Of a stretch of DNA of 64,000 nt, positions 13,895 to 27,820 are shown in pieces. Made by a program: the position numbers and the translations under genes. Within the stretch, counting starts at the first letter, position 1, and each line of letters starts with the position of its first letter. The notes beneath the pieces are model-generated. The model had not been told where the DNA came from and ran no database searches. It saw nothing but the letters and a program-made list of their open reading frames with translations. Source of the stretch: Octopus vulgaris. Its lineage: Eukaryota. Where the stretch lies: contig OX597830.1 of NCBI GenBank assembly GCA_951406725.2, forward strand, positions 18,414,001 to 18,478,000. The letters are read 5' to 3'.

Positions 13895-14767
13895 TACGAG
13901 GTGCAATGGGTAAATTATAACCATTTTATATTATTAATTTCACACATGTGCATTGCTTGTTTTTAATTTTGTCGACTACACAGTATAGTAGGGTCAGTTG
14001 GGCACCATCTGAAAGTAAAACAGCTCCATGACAATTCAGTCTGCCAGAAATTTGGATAGAACATGCTGTACTGCTTGGCATTCATGCTGGAAGTTCCAAA
14101 ACAAACATTTCAGAGTGTTTGGGTGTTAATCTGAGGACATGTTCCAAGAGCAATAAAAATCAAGCATCCAGCCAATATCGTGGTGTTTGGAGTGATCATT
14201 AGTGATGGTGACATTATGCCTCCATTCATCTTCCCACATGGCCTCACACTCAATACAGAGGCCTACATCAAGTGCTTGGAGGAGGTAGTGCTACTCTGGG
14301 TCAAGAAAGTGGCTGCTGGGAGACCCTATGTCTAGCAACAGGACTCTGCACCATGCTACACAAGCAGGAAAACCCAGTCATGTCTATCAGACAATTTCTG
14401 CAACCACGTCACCCCTAACATCTGGGCACCTAACTCTCCAGACTGCAACCCCCTTAATTATTATGTGCGGGGTGCAGTTGAGCGAGAAGCCATCAAAACT
14501 CTGTAACACCAAAGATGAACAGAAGGCAAGGGTTATGACAGCATTCACCAACTTAAACAAGGAGACCATCCGGAAGAGTTGTAGGAGGTTCCGAAGTCGT
14601 CTAGAGACTGTGGCTGAAGCCAAAGGTGATTTTATTGAATAAATTTATTCTTTAGTATTTCAAAATATTTTAATGTAATTTTGGTAAATATATCTGTTAA
14701 AATGAGATGTCAGTGTTATTTTCATTTTTGCATAATTTAGACAACAGTTTATTCACCGCACCTTGTA
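13895..14767 (+). mobile_element. Internally deleted DD37D (maT) Tc1/mariner transposon
   Basis: TIRs tacgaggtgcaatgggtaaa / tttattcaccgcaccttgta; QQDSAP...WAPNSPDCNPLNY with 37 residues between the 2nd D and the (mutated) 3rd D position; stop codons present. Confidence 0.85.
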
Positions 14768-14832
14768 TATACAACAACTTTCAGTTTTCATGCACCAAAT
14801 CCACTCACAAGACTTTGATCGGCTCATGGCTA

Positions 14833-15016
14833 TACTCTTTACTCTTTTATTCTTTTACTTGTTTCAGTCATTTGACTGTGGCCATGCTGGGGTATACTGC
14901 CTTTAGTCGAGCAAATTGACCTCGGGACTTATTCTTTGTAAGACCAGTACTTATTCTATCGGTCTCTTTTGCCGAACCGCTAAGTGATGGGGACGAACAC
15001 AGACACACAAACATAT

Positions 15017-15052
<36 letters not shown>

Positions 15053-15300
15053 ATATATACGACAGGTTTCTTTCAGTTTCCGTCTACCAAATCCACTCAC
15101 AAGGCATTGGTCGACCCAGGGCTATAGCAGAAGACACTTGCCCAAGATGCTACGCAGTGGGACTGAACCCAGAACCATGTGGTTGGTAAGCAAGCTACTT
15201 ACCACACAAAAGACATTTGCCCAAAGTGCTATGCAGTAGGACTGAACTCAAAACCGTGTGGTTGGAAAGCAAACTTCTTACCACACAATCATGTCTCCCC
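14833..15300 (-). mobile_element. SINE family B copies (nested/tandem)
   Basis: Reverse-complement match to the family B consensus. Confidence 0.85.
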
Positions 15301-15959
15301 CTATAATACAGATCATTTAAAAAAAAAAATAAATCAACCTGTGTTTTCAAACAAATTGCCCTCGGGACATTTGTGCAATCCCAAGTCACTTGTCTCATTG
15401 TAAATTCAATAAACCAATAATTGTGCCATTAGAAACCTGTAACCAACAATGCTATTGTTCGTAAAATGTGATATAAAATAAATAATATTTAACAGAGTGA
15501 CGAAAATGCCCTGCAGTATTATTATTTAGTTATGTTCTTTTATGTTGCAAAGTTCAGATTTCACTGAATCGACTTAACTGGTAATTTATTAATTCCTCTG
15601 TGGCTGATAAAAATAAGTAGCAGTAAAGTACTGGATTTGATTCAATCAACTACACATCCTGCCCATAAAAATGTGTAGCTTTATTGCCAAAGTTAGAAAT
15701 TTAATATCGTTAGAAATATGATTGTACTGCTACAAATGTAATTATAAATTCGACTGGATAACATAGAGGACATAGTAGATGATTGGTTGTCTGAATCCTC
15801 TACAAGTGTTTCATTGGTTCATTTCATGCAAGATAAACAGCTGCAGATAATGTATCTATTACACGCAGATGTAGAAAAGAATAAATTTACAAAGCTGTTA
15901 GTTTGTCATAGTGAAAAATGCAAGGTTGTGAACACTTGTCCTTCAAAAAAGATATAGAG

Positions 15960-16471
15960 CAGTAGTTCTCAACAGGGATCCATATAAGCTTTTTGGTGGG
16001 GCAGTCCACACATGTAAAATAGTAAATTGGGAATCTACAGTAGTATATTAAGGGTCCATGCAAAAATGTTACTTTGGATATATTTATTGCAAGAAACAGC
16101 AAGAATTCTTTTTTCTGGGGTTTTATATAGTTCAACCTACACAAGTGAATGTGTGAATAGGAATTTTGCCTGCCGTTATGTTCTGAGTTCAAATTCCGCC
16201 AAGATTGTCTTTGCCTTTCATCCTTTTGGGGTCAATAAATTAAGTACCAGTTACGCACTGGAGTTGATGTAATTGACTTAATCCCTTTGTCTGTCCTTGT
16301 TTATCCCCTCTATGTTCAGCCCCTTGTGGGCAATAAAGAAATAAGAAAATAGAAATTTTGTAAGAAGCATCTATAAAACTAGTTTTCAAACGTCAAATGG
16401 CAACGGAGCTCCACCAGAATAGAAGAGTAATCAAAGCAGTCCACAGATAAAAAATGGTCCAGAACCACTGA
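15960..16471. mobile_element. hAT/Charlie-like MITE with nested family C SINE (~16160-16345)
   Basis: Termini cagtagttctcaac / tccagaaccactg; related copies at 26866-27232 and 38690-38861. Confidence 0.65.
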
Positions 16472-17507
16472 TTTAGACACTAATCACAAAATTACAGCTG
16501 AACACAGACCACTAGCAGTTTTCTTGAATTCCAAACCTTACTTTATTACACAAAAATTAGCCTACTGTAGTCAAGTATTTATATATGATTTGGACTCAGA
16601 ACTAAAAAAAAAAGCCACCACAAAGCATTTTGTTGAATGTTCTGATGAACCTGCAGGTTCACCAACTACTTCTAACGTAAGCATAGGGCCTTAAATTTAG
16701 AAGGGTTATTTGATTAAATTGACTCAGTTCTTGACTGGTACTTTATTTTTATCAACCCCCAAAAGGATGAAAGGCAAAGCTAAGAAAAAAATTAAAGAAT
16801 GGTGAAATGAAATCCACCACACCATCACTACCACTACCTTTACCACTTTACACAACTATGTAAATAAAAAACAAAAAAAACGTGTCAGGAAGCTGGTAGG
16901 TGATGTTAAAAAGTCTGACTGAATATTTACTAGTTAGCCGATCTGTAACTGGTGAAATGGTGGTGGAGGTGAGGAGGAGGGTGGGGGTTAAGAGCCACAC
17001 TGTAGACATGTGTACATGCATGAATACTCATTACACATGTACAGACGGTAACACATTCCTTATGCAATGATCATCAGAGATTATTTGTATCTGATATAGG
17101 AAAGAAAAAAGAAAAACCCCCACAAGAATATTTCTTTTCACTAGAGACACTAGAGACAATTTGGGGGGAGGCACAGAGGAAGTTGATGGTTAAGGGGTAA
17201 GACATGGTGTGTATTTAAATTGAGTTGGTATATTACTAGTACTTGTTGTTATTATCTTATCCTTGGAGGATGGAGAAAGACAATGATGGCTCTAATGGGA
17301 TTTGAGTTCAGAACAGTGGGATTTTGTCATCTGGCATGCTACCAACACTATTCTTCTCTGTTTCTATATATGTAATAATAATAACAACAACAACAACAAT
17401 GAAGGAGTGAGACAGTTACAAAGACATACAATGGTGGCGGGGTTATAACAGAAAATAGATTGAGTAAAAAAAGGCATGAAATATAAGTAGAAATGGCATA
17501 CTAATAA

Positions 17508-17743
17508 GGTGGTGAGCTGGCAGAAACGTTAGCATGCCTGGTGAAATGCTTAGCGGTATTTCGTCTGCCGTTACGTTCTGAGTTCAAATTCTGCCGAGGT
17601 CGACTTTGCCTTTTTATCCTTTCGGGGTCGATAAATTGAGTACCAGTTACGCACTGGGGTCGATGTAACCGACTTAATCCCTTTGTCTGTCCTTGTTTGT
17701 CCCCTCTATGTTTAGCCCCTTGTGGGCAATAAAGAAATAAGAT
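17508..17743 (+). mobile_element. SINE family C with 15-bp TSD
   Basis: TSD atggcatactaataa on both sides. Confidence 0.9.
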
Positions 17744-18009
17744 ATGGCATACTAATAACGATTTCAAATTTTGGCACTAGGCCAGCAGTTTCATGGCGAG
17801 GGGGGGGGGAATAAGTTGATTACATTGACCCGGAAGGGATGAAAGGCAAAGTAGACTTTAATGGAATTTGAACTCAGAACGTGAAGACAGACAAAATGCT
17901 GCTAAGCATTTTGTCCGGCATGCTAATGATTCTGCCAGCTTGCCACCTTATATGGTATTCTAATAATAGCTGATGATGTTGTAGTGCTCATGATGCAAGA
18001 GAACCTCCA

Positions 18010-18400
18010 TGTAGTGGGGTCTGTGCAATGAATGAACCCCCACAGATCCATACAATCACCTTCAACACGAAGGGCAAAGAGTTTTCTTCAATTGTTTTTC
18101 TCTGAGCTTCAAGCGTTATACTTAGAACTGTTTCATCCACTGCTGCCACTTTTTGCAACACTCAAACTGGATTTTCAATAAATTTACTTTAGGACAGCAT
18201 CTCCCTCTCGACCCTCACTTTCTTTTCCAGTGGATCCTGAAAAAGTTAATGTGAGCTTGGTCAAAGAGCAAAAGATCAATCTTCAGACCTTTCAATCTCA
18301 ACTGTCTCACAACTTCTTTTTGAATAGATAACAGACAAGGTAAACAACCTTCCCTGCCTCGTTAAAGGTGAATGATTGGGCAACCATTATGATGGATTTG
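18010..18400 (-). pseudogene. L1/Tx1-like LINE ORF2 C-terminal fragment
   Basis: Minus-strand INFFRIHWKRK/VRVEREMLS*SKF; similar to 49790-49975 (FFK*YLKNKVRVKRE). Confidence 0.45.
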
Positions 18401-19579
18401 TCCAATAGCCAGATTCAGAATATCTTTTATCTTTTACTTGTGTCAGTCTATGGCCATAGTGGGCACCGCCTTGAACAATTTTTTGTTGAATGGATCAACC
18501 TTAATACTTTTATTTTTTCAAACCAGGTACTTATTATATCAGTCTCTGTTGCAAACTGCTAAGTTACGAGGATGTAAGCACACCAATACTGGTTGACAAG
18601 CAATATTTGGGGACAAACACACATACACACACAACAGGCTTCTTTCAGGTTCCGTCTGCCAAATCCATTCACAATGCTTTGGCTAGCCCAAGGCTATAGT
18701 AGAAGACATTTGTCCAAGGTGCCCTGCAGTGGGATTGAATCTGCAACAATGCGATGAAGAAGCAAGCTTCTTACCACACAGCCACATCTGTACCCTTAGT
18801 AATAAATTTAAAATCTATTGCCAAACATCTTGGAATCATGAAGATTGCATATCCATAGGGAGAGGATGGAAGCTAGCATTAGTATTCTGAAGAGATAAGT
18901 GGATGTAAACATATCACTTTGACAGAATGTCAGTCGGCCAGAGGTAAATTTTCCCACAATGATTTCAAATATAGGAAATGACGATGATGATAATTTCTGA
19001 CATAGGCACAAGATCCCAAATTTTTAGGGGCTGGAGGGTGTAGTTGATGATGTCTACACTCAGACATATACTTTACATATATACAGTATATAAAGAAAAA
19101 GAAAATACACTAACACACGCTAATCCACACATGCACAAATATATAAACGTTTACACAGACAAATGCTCAACATTTATTTATTTATTGTTCAGTGACATAG
19201 ATACAATTATAACTCAGACAACATTTGTGAACTTTCTGTTTATCTATTTGTGCGTGTGTGTGCCTGTGCGTGCATGCATGTGTGCGTGTGTGTGTGTCTG
19301 ACTGGCTATCTGTTTATCAAACTTTAAATAAACAGTAACTAAATATGACAAGACATTTAGTCTACTTCTTCACTGATCCAAACCTAAAGATAATAATGAT
19401 TTTTAACATAAGCAAATGATTTCTAATATAGATACAAGGCCTTAAATTTAAGGAGGTAGAGAAGATAAAGACAAATTTCATTGGCCATATCTCCCAGTAC
19501 TCTAAACCAATAATTTCATCAGGTTGAGCACTTTTATTTTCAAACTGCACTAGGGGTGAGATTGCATAGTTGTAGAGAA

Positions 19580-20005
19580 GCGTAGGAATGACTGTGTGGT
19601 AAGTAGCTTGCTTACCAACCACATGGTTCTGGGTTCAGTCCCACTGCATGGCACCTTGAGCAAGTGTCTTCTACCAAAGCCTTGGGTTGACCAAAGCCTT
19701 GTGAGTGGATTTCGTAGACGGAAACTGAAAGAAGCCCATCGTATATATGTGTGTGTATATATATATATATATGTATATATATATGTGCATGTGTGTATAT
19801 GTTTGTGTGTCTGTGTTTGTCTCCACAACATCGCTCGACAACCGATGTTGGTATGTTTATGTCCCTGTAACTTAGCGGTTTGGCAAAAGAGACTGATAGA
19901 ATAAGTACTAGGCTTACACAGAATAAGCTCTGGGGGTTGATTTGCTCGACTAAAGGTGGTGCTCCAGCATGGCCACAGTCAAATGACCGAAACAAGTAAA
20001 AGAGA
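19580..20005 (+). mobile_element. SINE family B, full length
   Basis: Head gactgtgtggtaagtagcttgc, core caccttgagcaagtgtctt, TA tract, tail gaaacaagtaaaagag. Confidence 0.9.
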
Positions 20006-20105
20006 GGATAAATTGGTTACACTTCTACAATACACAAAATGTTTTAATAATTTTTTTTTTTACACAATTCATAATATCTAATTATAAAAATATAATAGGA
20101 TTTAT

Positions 20106-20329
20106 TTAACCCTTTTGATACCAACTGGCTGAAACCACCTCTGGCTCTGTAGTACAAAAATGTCTTGTTTTTAAAAGTTCTGAATTAAAATCTTCCAAAC
20201 CTTACAATTTATGTTCCCAATACTAGCTTAACGATAACAAAGTTATTTCACTAAATTCTTTGTTATATTTAAAATTATTTGAAGGAAATACTGAGCATCT
20301 CAACAGAAATATGGTAACAAAAGGGTTAA
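20106..20329 (+). mobile_element. piggyBac-type MITE family 1
   Basis: ttaaccctt...aagggttaa termini. Confidence 0.85.
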
Positions 20330-20979
20330 TGGCTACAAGGGTTCATCTGAGTAAAATAAGAATCAAAAAGGTTCCATGACTAAAAAATGGTTGGGAACCA
20401 CTAACCTATATAATACATGTCTCTCCTCCTCTTTACAGTGTCTCACTCTTTCCCAGACCTCACTCTAATCTCCATTCTCAATTCATTCTCTCCAGACAAT
20501 CTAATCTCAGGAATTCCATTATTGACAACGTTTTTCCTGCAGATGTTGATTCTCAGATATTCCAAAGGAACATCAACCATATGAATTTCAATTTTTGGAG
20601 GGAACTGCAAATGTCATGATACACTGCTGCTTACCTCTTGGTTCAAACTGTTAACAAAATAAATACAGTGTATTTTAATCTATTCATGGCAATGATAAGT
20701 CTTATTCAACAGTCAAGTTAGTTACAAAATCTAAGATAATCTAAGACCCTATTGCTAGATGTTGTTCAGGAAATCTACCAGTGTGTGTGTGTGTGTGTGG
20801 GGGGTGAATATGTTTGAAGAAATGGTATGGCATCAGATTATAAACAGCTCAGAAATGAAATGCACCAAATGTTGAAATTTCCTCTTCCTTATGGTAAAAT
20901 TATTTATTCCAGGATTCACCATTAGCTGATGGCACATCATCACTGATTTCTTCAGATCCTACTATTTACTGGAGTATCA

Positions 20980-21470
20980 ATTCGATGACTGGCATCTGTG
21001 CTAGTGGGGTGCAAAGAGTACCATACGAGTGTGATCGTTTGTAGAGCGGCTATTCGAGTATGATCGTTACCAGCGTCACCTTACTGGCACTTGTGCCTGT
21101 GCTAGTAGGGTGCCAAGAGCACCATCCGAGCATGATCGTTGCCAGAGCAGCCAACTGGCTTCCGTACCCGAGGCACGTAAAAGGGCACCATTCGAGTGTG
21201 ATCGTTACCAATGTTGCTTCACTGGCACGTGTAGAAAGATTCGAGTGAGGTCATTGCCAGTACCACCTGACTGGCACGTAAAAAGCACCCACTACACTCT
21301 CGGAGTGGTTGGCGTTAGGAAGGGCATCCAGCTGTAGAAACTCTGCCAGATCAAGATTGGAGCCTGGTGCAGCCATCTGGTTTGCCAGCCCTCAGTCAAA
21401 ATTGTCAAACACATGCTAGCATGGAAAGCGGACGTTAAACGATGATGATGATCATCATGATCATCATCAT
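20980..21470 (+). mobile_element. SINE-like family D
   Basis: Tandem internal units and RTE-type tail. Confidence 0.8.
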
Positions 21471-22365
21471 TTCTGTCAGATGTTAGACCAATTCCTGCAA
21501 GATTCAATCTAGATCTTTCAATTCTATTTTCTTTCCTTATGTTAAATCTTAATTAGTAACATCCTATAATATTCTTGGAGCCAATTTAATTACTCAAATT
21601 GTCTTCCCTTAATAAATTTAATCTCAAGGCAAATGTATGGTCACTCAGTATACCTGAAATACAAGCCAAATCTCCCTCAAATTACATACCACAGTCTCAA
21701 AGAAAAAGAAGAAATAAATGCTAAAATGTATAAAAATTGTATCCAAAACAAACAGATGTGATGGTCATGGTTAGAATGCCATTCATCATAGGTCTGCTTG
21801 ACCTGGCTGATTTCGTGCTAGACAGCAGGAATAAAACCAGAGTGCTTCGAGATAACCAACCATATAAAAAGGAAAGTCAATAAACAGTAGTCCAAAGAAC
21901 TCTATGGTTGGCAAAGAGATGGGATGGTCATGACTGGAGCTCTTTTGATCATTAGTTTGGTACTTCAAGACCGGCCCAAAATTAAACAACGACAATAACT
22001 GAGCTAAGCATGGTGTCGCTTTGTGTCAAGAGAAATCAATACAATGGATTATAGTCAAACAAATATTATCAACTTTTTGGAACAGTAAAAACAAAAACAT
22101 AAATAGGAGTGGGGTGGGGGTAAATGAAGAGAAACAGACTCAGAGTCTTTGGTTTGGAATAATAATAATAAAAAGAAGAAGAATATTAAAATAAAGACGA
22201 AGTAGAAGAAAACACAATTAAACATGTTATCTGTTATTTTGGCAGACAAGAATTACAATTTGAAAGAAAGGAAGTGGTAAGAAAAGTCTGCATGTGCTTG
22301 CATGCATGTGTCTGTGTGTGTGTATGTAAAGGGAGCTGGGGGATATATAAACAGAAACCCCCCAA

Positions 22366-22367
<2 letters not shown>

Positions 22368-22405
<38 letters not shown>

Positions 22406-22579
22406 GTATATATTATGTATATATATGTATATATTTTTTATATATATATATTATGTATATATATGTATATATTATGTATATATATATGTATATATTATAT
22501 ATATATGTATATATATTATATATATATGTATATATGATATATATGTATATATTATATATATGATATATATGTATATATC

Positions 22580-22655
<76 letters not shown>

Positions 22656-22680
22656 CATACACATGCATACACACATACAT
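22368..22680. repeat. Long compound (TA)n/(TATG) microsatellite
   Basis: Directly visible. Confidence 0.95.
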
Positions 22681-23098
22681 ACATCCCTTTACAGCCGGAA
22701 GAATGGAAAAAGGTGTGGGAAGAGTAAGCGGTATGGTGGAGGTAAGGTACGGGCGGGGTGGGGTGGGGGTGAGAAATGGAGAGTGCAGTTTGTTTGGTGT
22801 GAAGGAGCAACCAGATAGAAACTGAGAAGAGGTGGTGGTGGTGGTGGTGGTGGCAATGTAGTAAAGAAATGAAGGTGAGTGAGGAGGGGGGAGGGGGTTA
22901 CATGTCTATATATTTTTCTGGTATTTTCTCCTTCACCTTCTTCTTCTTCTTCATCATCATCTTCTTTCTGGTTTAATAATCAGATTTTATTTCGGCTGGA
23001 ATTAGTGAATTCCATTTGATGTGTTCTGCAGATTACCCAAACATGTTTTGTCAGCTTCGTTTTCCAAACAAATAGACATTAACTTTTTCAATTGATTC

Positions 23099-23105
<7 letters not shown>

Positions 23106-23144
<39 letters not shown>

Positions 23145-23299
23145 TAGATCTTGCCTTCATTTCAATAGTTTTATATAACCAAACATAGAAACACACAGAC
23201 ACACACACACACACACACATTTATACATACATGCATGTTAGTATACATATACACACACAAATATATCCTTTATTTTAAGTGTTAATTTTGAGAATTTGT

Positions 23300-23345
<46 letters not shown>

Positions 23346-23526
23346 CATTATTGTTATTATTATTATTATTATTATTATTTAGATCTTGCCTTCATTTCAA
23401 TAGTTTTATAAAACCAAACAGAAACACACACACACACACACACATTTATTTATACATACATGCATGTTAGTATACATATACACACAAATATATCCTTTCC
23501 TTTAAGTGTTAATTTTGAGAATTTGT

Positions 23527-23568
<42 letters not shown>
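23106..23568. repeat. Direct tandem duplication of ~235 bp bounded by (ATT)n tracts
   Basis: tttagatcttgccttcatttcaatag...gagaatttgttcattatt occurs twice (~23141 and ~23377). Confidence 0.9.
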
Positions 23569-23569
<1 letters not shown>

Positions 23570-24759
23570 GTACGCACAAACATGCACATAAGCATATATG
23601 CACTTATATATGAGTCTGTGCGTGTCTGTAAATACGTATGTACAAGTGTGTCTATATATAAATACACACACACACATATATACACAGTACATATAAACAT
23701 ACATTAAATAATAATGTAAGAAAGAAAGAAAAAAGTTTTGGGAAACTCGATATTATTTCATCATCACTGCGTTTCACATCAAGTTTTATCTAATTTAACT
23801 CCCTATTTTTTTTTTACTCTCTCTGTCTCGCACCCCACCTCCACCTTTTATCTTCACTCTTTTAAACCAAACTCCATTACATTCTTCAATGACTTTTACT
23901 CAAATAAACCCCACCACCACAAACATCAGCACCACCCACTGAATTCTCATTGTTGTTTTAGACTACCACACTATTTCTTGTGGGGAGTGGGTATTTCAGT
24001 GATGTTTTAAAAAAAAATTCTTTATTACTGTTATTATTACTTTTATTGTTATCATTCTTAATATTGGCTTAAAATTCTGGCACAAGGCCATCAATTTCAG
24101 AAGCGGGGGTAAGTGGATTATATCAACCCCACTACTCAACTGGTGCTTATTTTATTGATCCCAGAAGGATGAAAGGCAAAGTCGACCGCAGTGGAATTTG
24201 AACCTGGAACATAAAGAGGGATGAAATGCTGCTAAACGTTTTTTTCCCAGTGTGCTAATGATTCTGCCAACTCACTGTCTTATTATCATTCGTAATATTG
24301 TTGTTATAAGAATGGTGACCAAAATGAATCACAGAATTTATTAGTTATAGATGTACTTTTACATTTTGAGTTCAAATCCCACAAGGGTCAACTTCTGTCG
24401 TTGGTCGATAAAATAAACACCAATGATTGAATTGATCTTCTGTGATTGAATTGATCGACTGAATCCTAATGCCAAAATCTGTGGTCTTGTCATATTCTAG
24501 ATACTGCAGTTTATTGTTATTATGAAGGCCATGAGCTGGGAGAATTGTTTGCTTGTCAGACAACAGAGTAGCATTTCTTCTGGCTAAGCTCAAATCCTAT
24601 CATGGCCACTCACCCTTTCAGGATCAATAAAATAAAGTAGTAGTCAAGTACTAGGGTCAATGTAATTAACTAACACTCCAACCTAAATTGCTGGCCTTGA
24701 GCCAAAATTTGAAATTATTATTATTATTATTATTATTATTATTGTTATTATTATTAAAA

Positions 24760-24971
24760 AGGCGGTGAGCTGGCAGGGTCATCAGCACACCAGACAAAAT
24801 GCTTAGTGGCATTTCATCTGTCTTTACATTCTGAGTTCAAATTCTACCGAGATTGACTTTGCCTTTCATCCTTTTGGGGTTGATGAAATAAGAACCAGTT
24901 GAACATTGGGATCAAGGTAATCGACTCATCCTACCCCCTAAAATTGCTGCCCTTGTGGCAAAATTTAAAAC

Positions 24972-25022
<51 letters not shown>

Positions 25023-25245
25023 AATGCCAAAGACAGTGAGCTAGTAGGCTCATTAACACATTGGGTAAAATGCTTAGCAACATTTGGCCTGTCTTTACGT
25101 TCTGAGTTCAAATTCCGCTGAAGTTGACTTTGCCTTTCATCCTTTTAGGGTCAATAAAATAGGTTGAGTAGACTGAGGTCAATGCAATCAACTTATTCCC
25201 TCCCCCATAAGCTTACCGGCCTTGTTCCAAAATTTAAAGCCATTA
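24760..25245 (+). mobile_element. Two head-to-tail older family C SINEs with (ATT)n tails
   Basis: Two copies of the head plus Meta-like core, separated by (att)n. Confidence 0.8.
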
Positions 25246-25865
25246 TCAAAGTGTCAAACAAAATATCTCACAACAGTTATGCTCCTTTGCAATCTGAGTT
25301 CAAACCTCACCAGAATCAGCTACACATTTTATTCTTCCAATCAGAGGTTGATGAAGTACTAAGGCCCATATAATTAACTCTGCTTCTTACCACCACCTTG
25401 TGCCTATGTTTGAAATCATTTTATAAATTTTTTTTAGATAATTTTTTTCTTACTATTTTATTATACTAATTTTTTTTTTATTTTTAACTCCTAAAACAAA
25501 ATTTTTTTTAGATAATTTTTTGTTGTTTATCAGTTAATTTTCTTGTTTTATTTTCTTAGCACACATTTTCTTTATATATGTATATTTTTAATTTTCTTTT
25601 TCTTTTTTGCAAAAAGAAAAAAAAAAGAAGCTAAAGAAAATGTTTTAACATTCCTAAATAGATGTTTCTAGTTTAAGTGAAGTAGTTATCCTCATTCCCC
25701 TTACCTCTTCGCATCCCTCTGAGTTTTTTTTTTTATTATTCTCTCAACTTTAAAAGGAGGAGACAACAGAGGTTGTAGGTGGGTTTGGTTATCAGCAGTA
25801 GGAGATACCAGACTCCCACTGATGAAGGAGAAGAAAAAAAAAACTTTTCTAGTTGTCAGTAAAAA

Positions 25866-26560
25866 ACATATGGTTAGGTTACAGAGGGTGGGTACTTAGT
25901 GGGGTGGGTGGAGGTTAAGTACTGCTGTTCTGCTTACTAAACCTGAGACCCAACCAACACCAATGAGGGAATCTCTAAGTGGTCGTTCATCCTACTAGAA
26001 GTAACAGCCAAATATTCCTCATGTTAAATCCCAACATTTAAAAAAAAACAACATATGGTTAAGTTACAGAAGGTGGATGACTATTGGGGGTGGCAGAGGC
26101 AGGAAAGAACTGTTGTTCTGCTTATTAAACCTGAGACCCAACCAATACCAATGGAGATAATCTCTAAGTAGTTGCTTGTCCTACTAGAAATAGCAGCTAA
26201 ATGTCCTGCTTGTCGTACCCCAGTGTTTTAAAAAACATGGTTAAATTTTGGATGGTTATTGGGAGGGCAGACTGTAACAATGTTCTACTAACTAAACTTG
26301 AGCGCCAACCAATGAGGGAACCTCTAAGCAGTCATTCATCCTGCTAGATAGAAATAACAGTCAAATTTCCCTCCCTTTAAAAAAGAAAACAAGGTTAGAT
26401 TATAGAGAGTGGGGGATTATGGAAATTGGGGCCAATAACACTATTCTACTAAACCTGAGAGAAAGTACTGCTAGCCAACTAACAGCAATGAGGGAACCTC
26501 TAAGTGGGCATCCATCCTGCTAGAAATAACAACCAAATCTCCTTCATCTTACACCCTATG
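25866..26560 (+). repeat. Degenerate tandem repeat, 4 units of ~155-185 bp
   Basis: Recurring actaaacctgag...caatgagggaa(t/c)ctctaag...ctagaaatarcagccaaat. Confidence 0.8.
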
Positions 26561-27383
26561 GTTCCTTTTTATTATAAGAAGTAGCACGTTAAACATTTTT
26601 ATAGATATCAAAAAGACAGGATGACCACAACTAAAGTGCTTTTGTGTGTAGGCCTGTGTATGACCAGGGTTGATCATACACAGGCCTACATAGTTAAACA
26701 ATAACAATAACTTTATGTGATTGCTTGACCTGCTATAAATACCAGCCAAATCTCCCTTGAATTACACCTTAACATCTTGAAAAGGAGGGACACATTGGAA
26801 TTATTTAATGTATCCCACCTTTTCAAGATGTTAGGGTGTTGACCTAAAATACTTAATACTCTTGAGTAATGCTTCTCAACTGGGATCCATATGACCCCTA
26901 GGGGTTCATATAAGATTTCAGGGGGTCCACGGAAGCAAAATACTAAATTGAGAATCTACAGTGGTATTTTAAGGGTCCATTAAAAAAAAAAATTCCTTTA
27001 GATGTATCTATTGTAAGAAACAGCTAAGTTTCTGGCCACTGAAGAATGTTCTCTCGGAGAGTTTTGTCATAAACCTACAAAAGTGAATGTGTGAGAAACA
27101 AAATAGGAATTTTGAAAGAAGTATCTACAAAACTAGTTTTTAAACATTGAATGGTTATGGATGGGGGGGTCCATCAGGATAAAATAGTAATCAAAGGGGG
27201 CCCCATAAGTAAAAAATGGTTGAGAAACTATTGTTATAGAGAATTTTAGGATGGTTATGGCTGCTGGAAAAGGTTGTTCTTTTTAGCAAGTACAGGATCT
27301 CTCGTTGGATCAAATCAAAATTGTTAGTTTGAAATAATTAATGATAATCTAAAAAAAAAAAATGGCTTTGCATTGATATAATG

Positions 27384-27552
27384 CAGGCGCAGGAGTGGCT
27401 GTGTGGTAAGTAGCTTGCTAACCAGCCACATGGTTCCGGGTTCAGTCCCACTGCGTGGCATCTTGGGCAAGTGTCTTCTGCTATAGCCTCGGGCCGACCA
27501 ATGCCTTGTGAGTGGATTTGGTAGACAGAAACTGAAAGAAGCCTGTCGTATA

Positions 27553-27590
<38 letters not shown>

Positions 27591-27820
27591 TGTGTGTGTG
27601 TATATGTTTGTGTGTCTGTGTTTGTCCCCCTAGCATTGCTTGACAACCGATGCTGGTGTGTTTACGTCCCTGTCACTTAGCGGTTCGGCAAAAGAGACCG
27701 ATAGAATAAGTACTGGGCTTACAAAGAATAAGTCCCGGGGTCGATTTGCTCGACTAAAGGCGGTGCTCCAGCATGGCCGCAGTCAAATGACTGAAACAAG
27801 TAAAAGAGTAAAGAGAGAGT
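27384..27820 (+). mobile_element. SINE family B (young, full length)
   Basis: Near-consensus copy; near-identical inverted copy at 28245-28641. Confidence 0.9.

Noticed and set aside
19550-19995. Recurrent ORFs such as HSQGFGQPEAIVEDTCPRCHAVGLNPEPCGW
   Set aside because: They are incidental frames of SINE family B repeated throughout the window, not a gene family.
22694-22880. Possible exon with gtaagg/gtgagt donors
   Set aside because: Low-complexity purine tract with an in-frame stop; the sites are likely chance.
22274-23704. ORFs rich in YI/IY/LLL/III
   Set aside because: They are translations of (TA)n and (ATT)n microsatellites.
25866-26560. CRISPR-like repeat/spacer array
   Set aside because: The units are long and degenerate with homologous 'spacers', there are no cas genes, and the context is eukaryotic.
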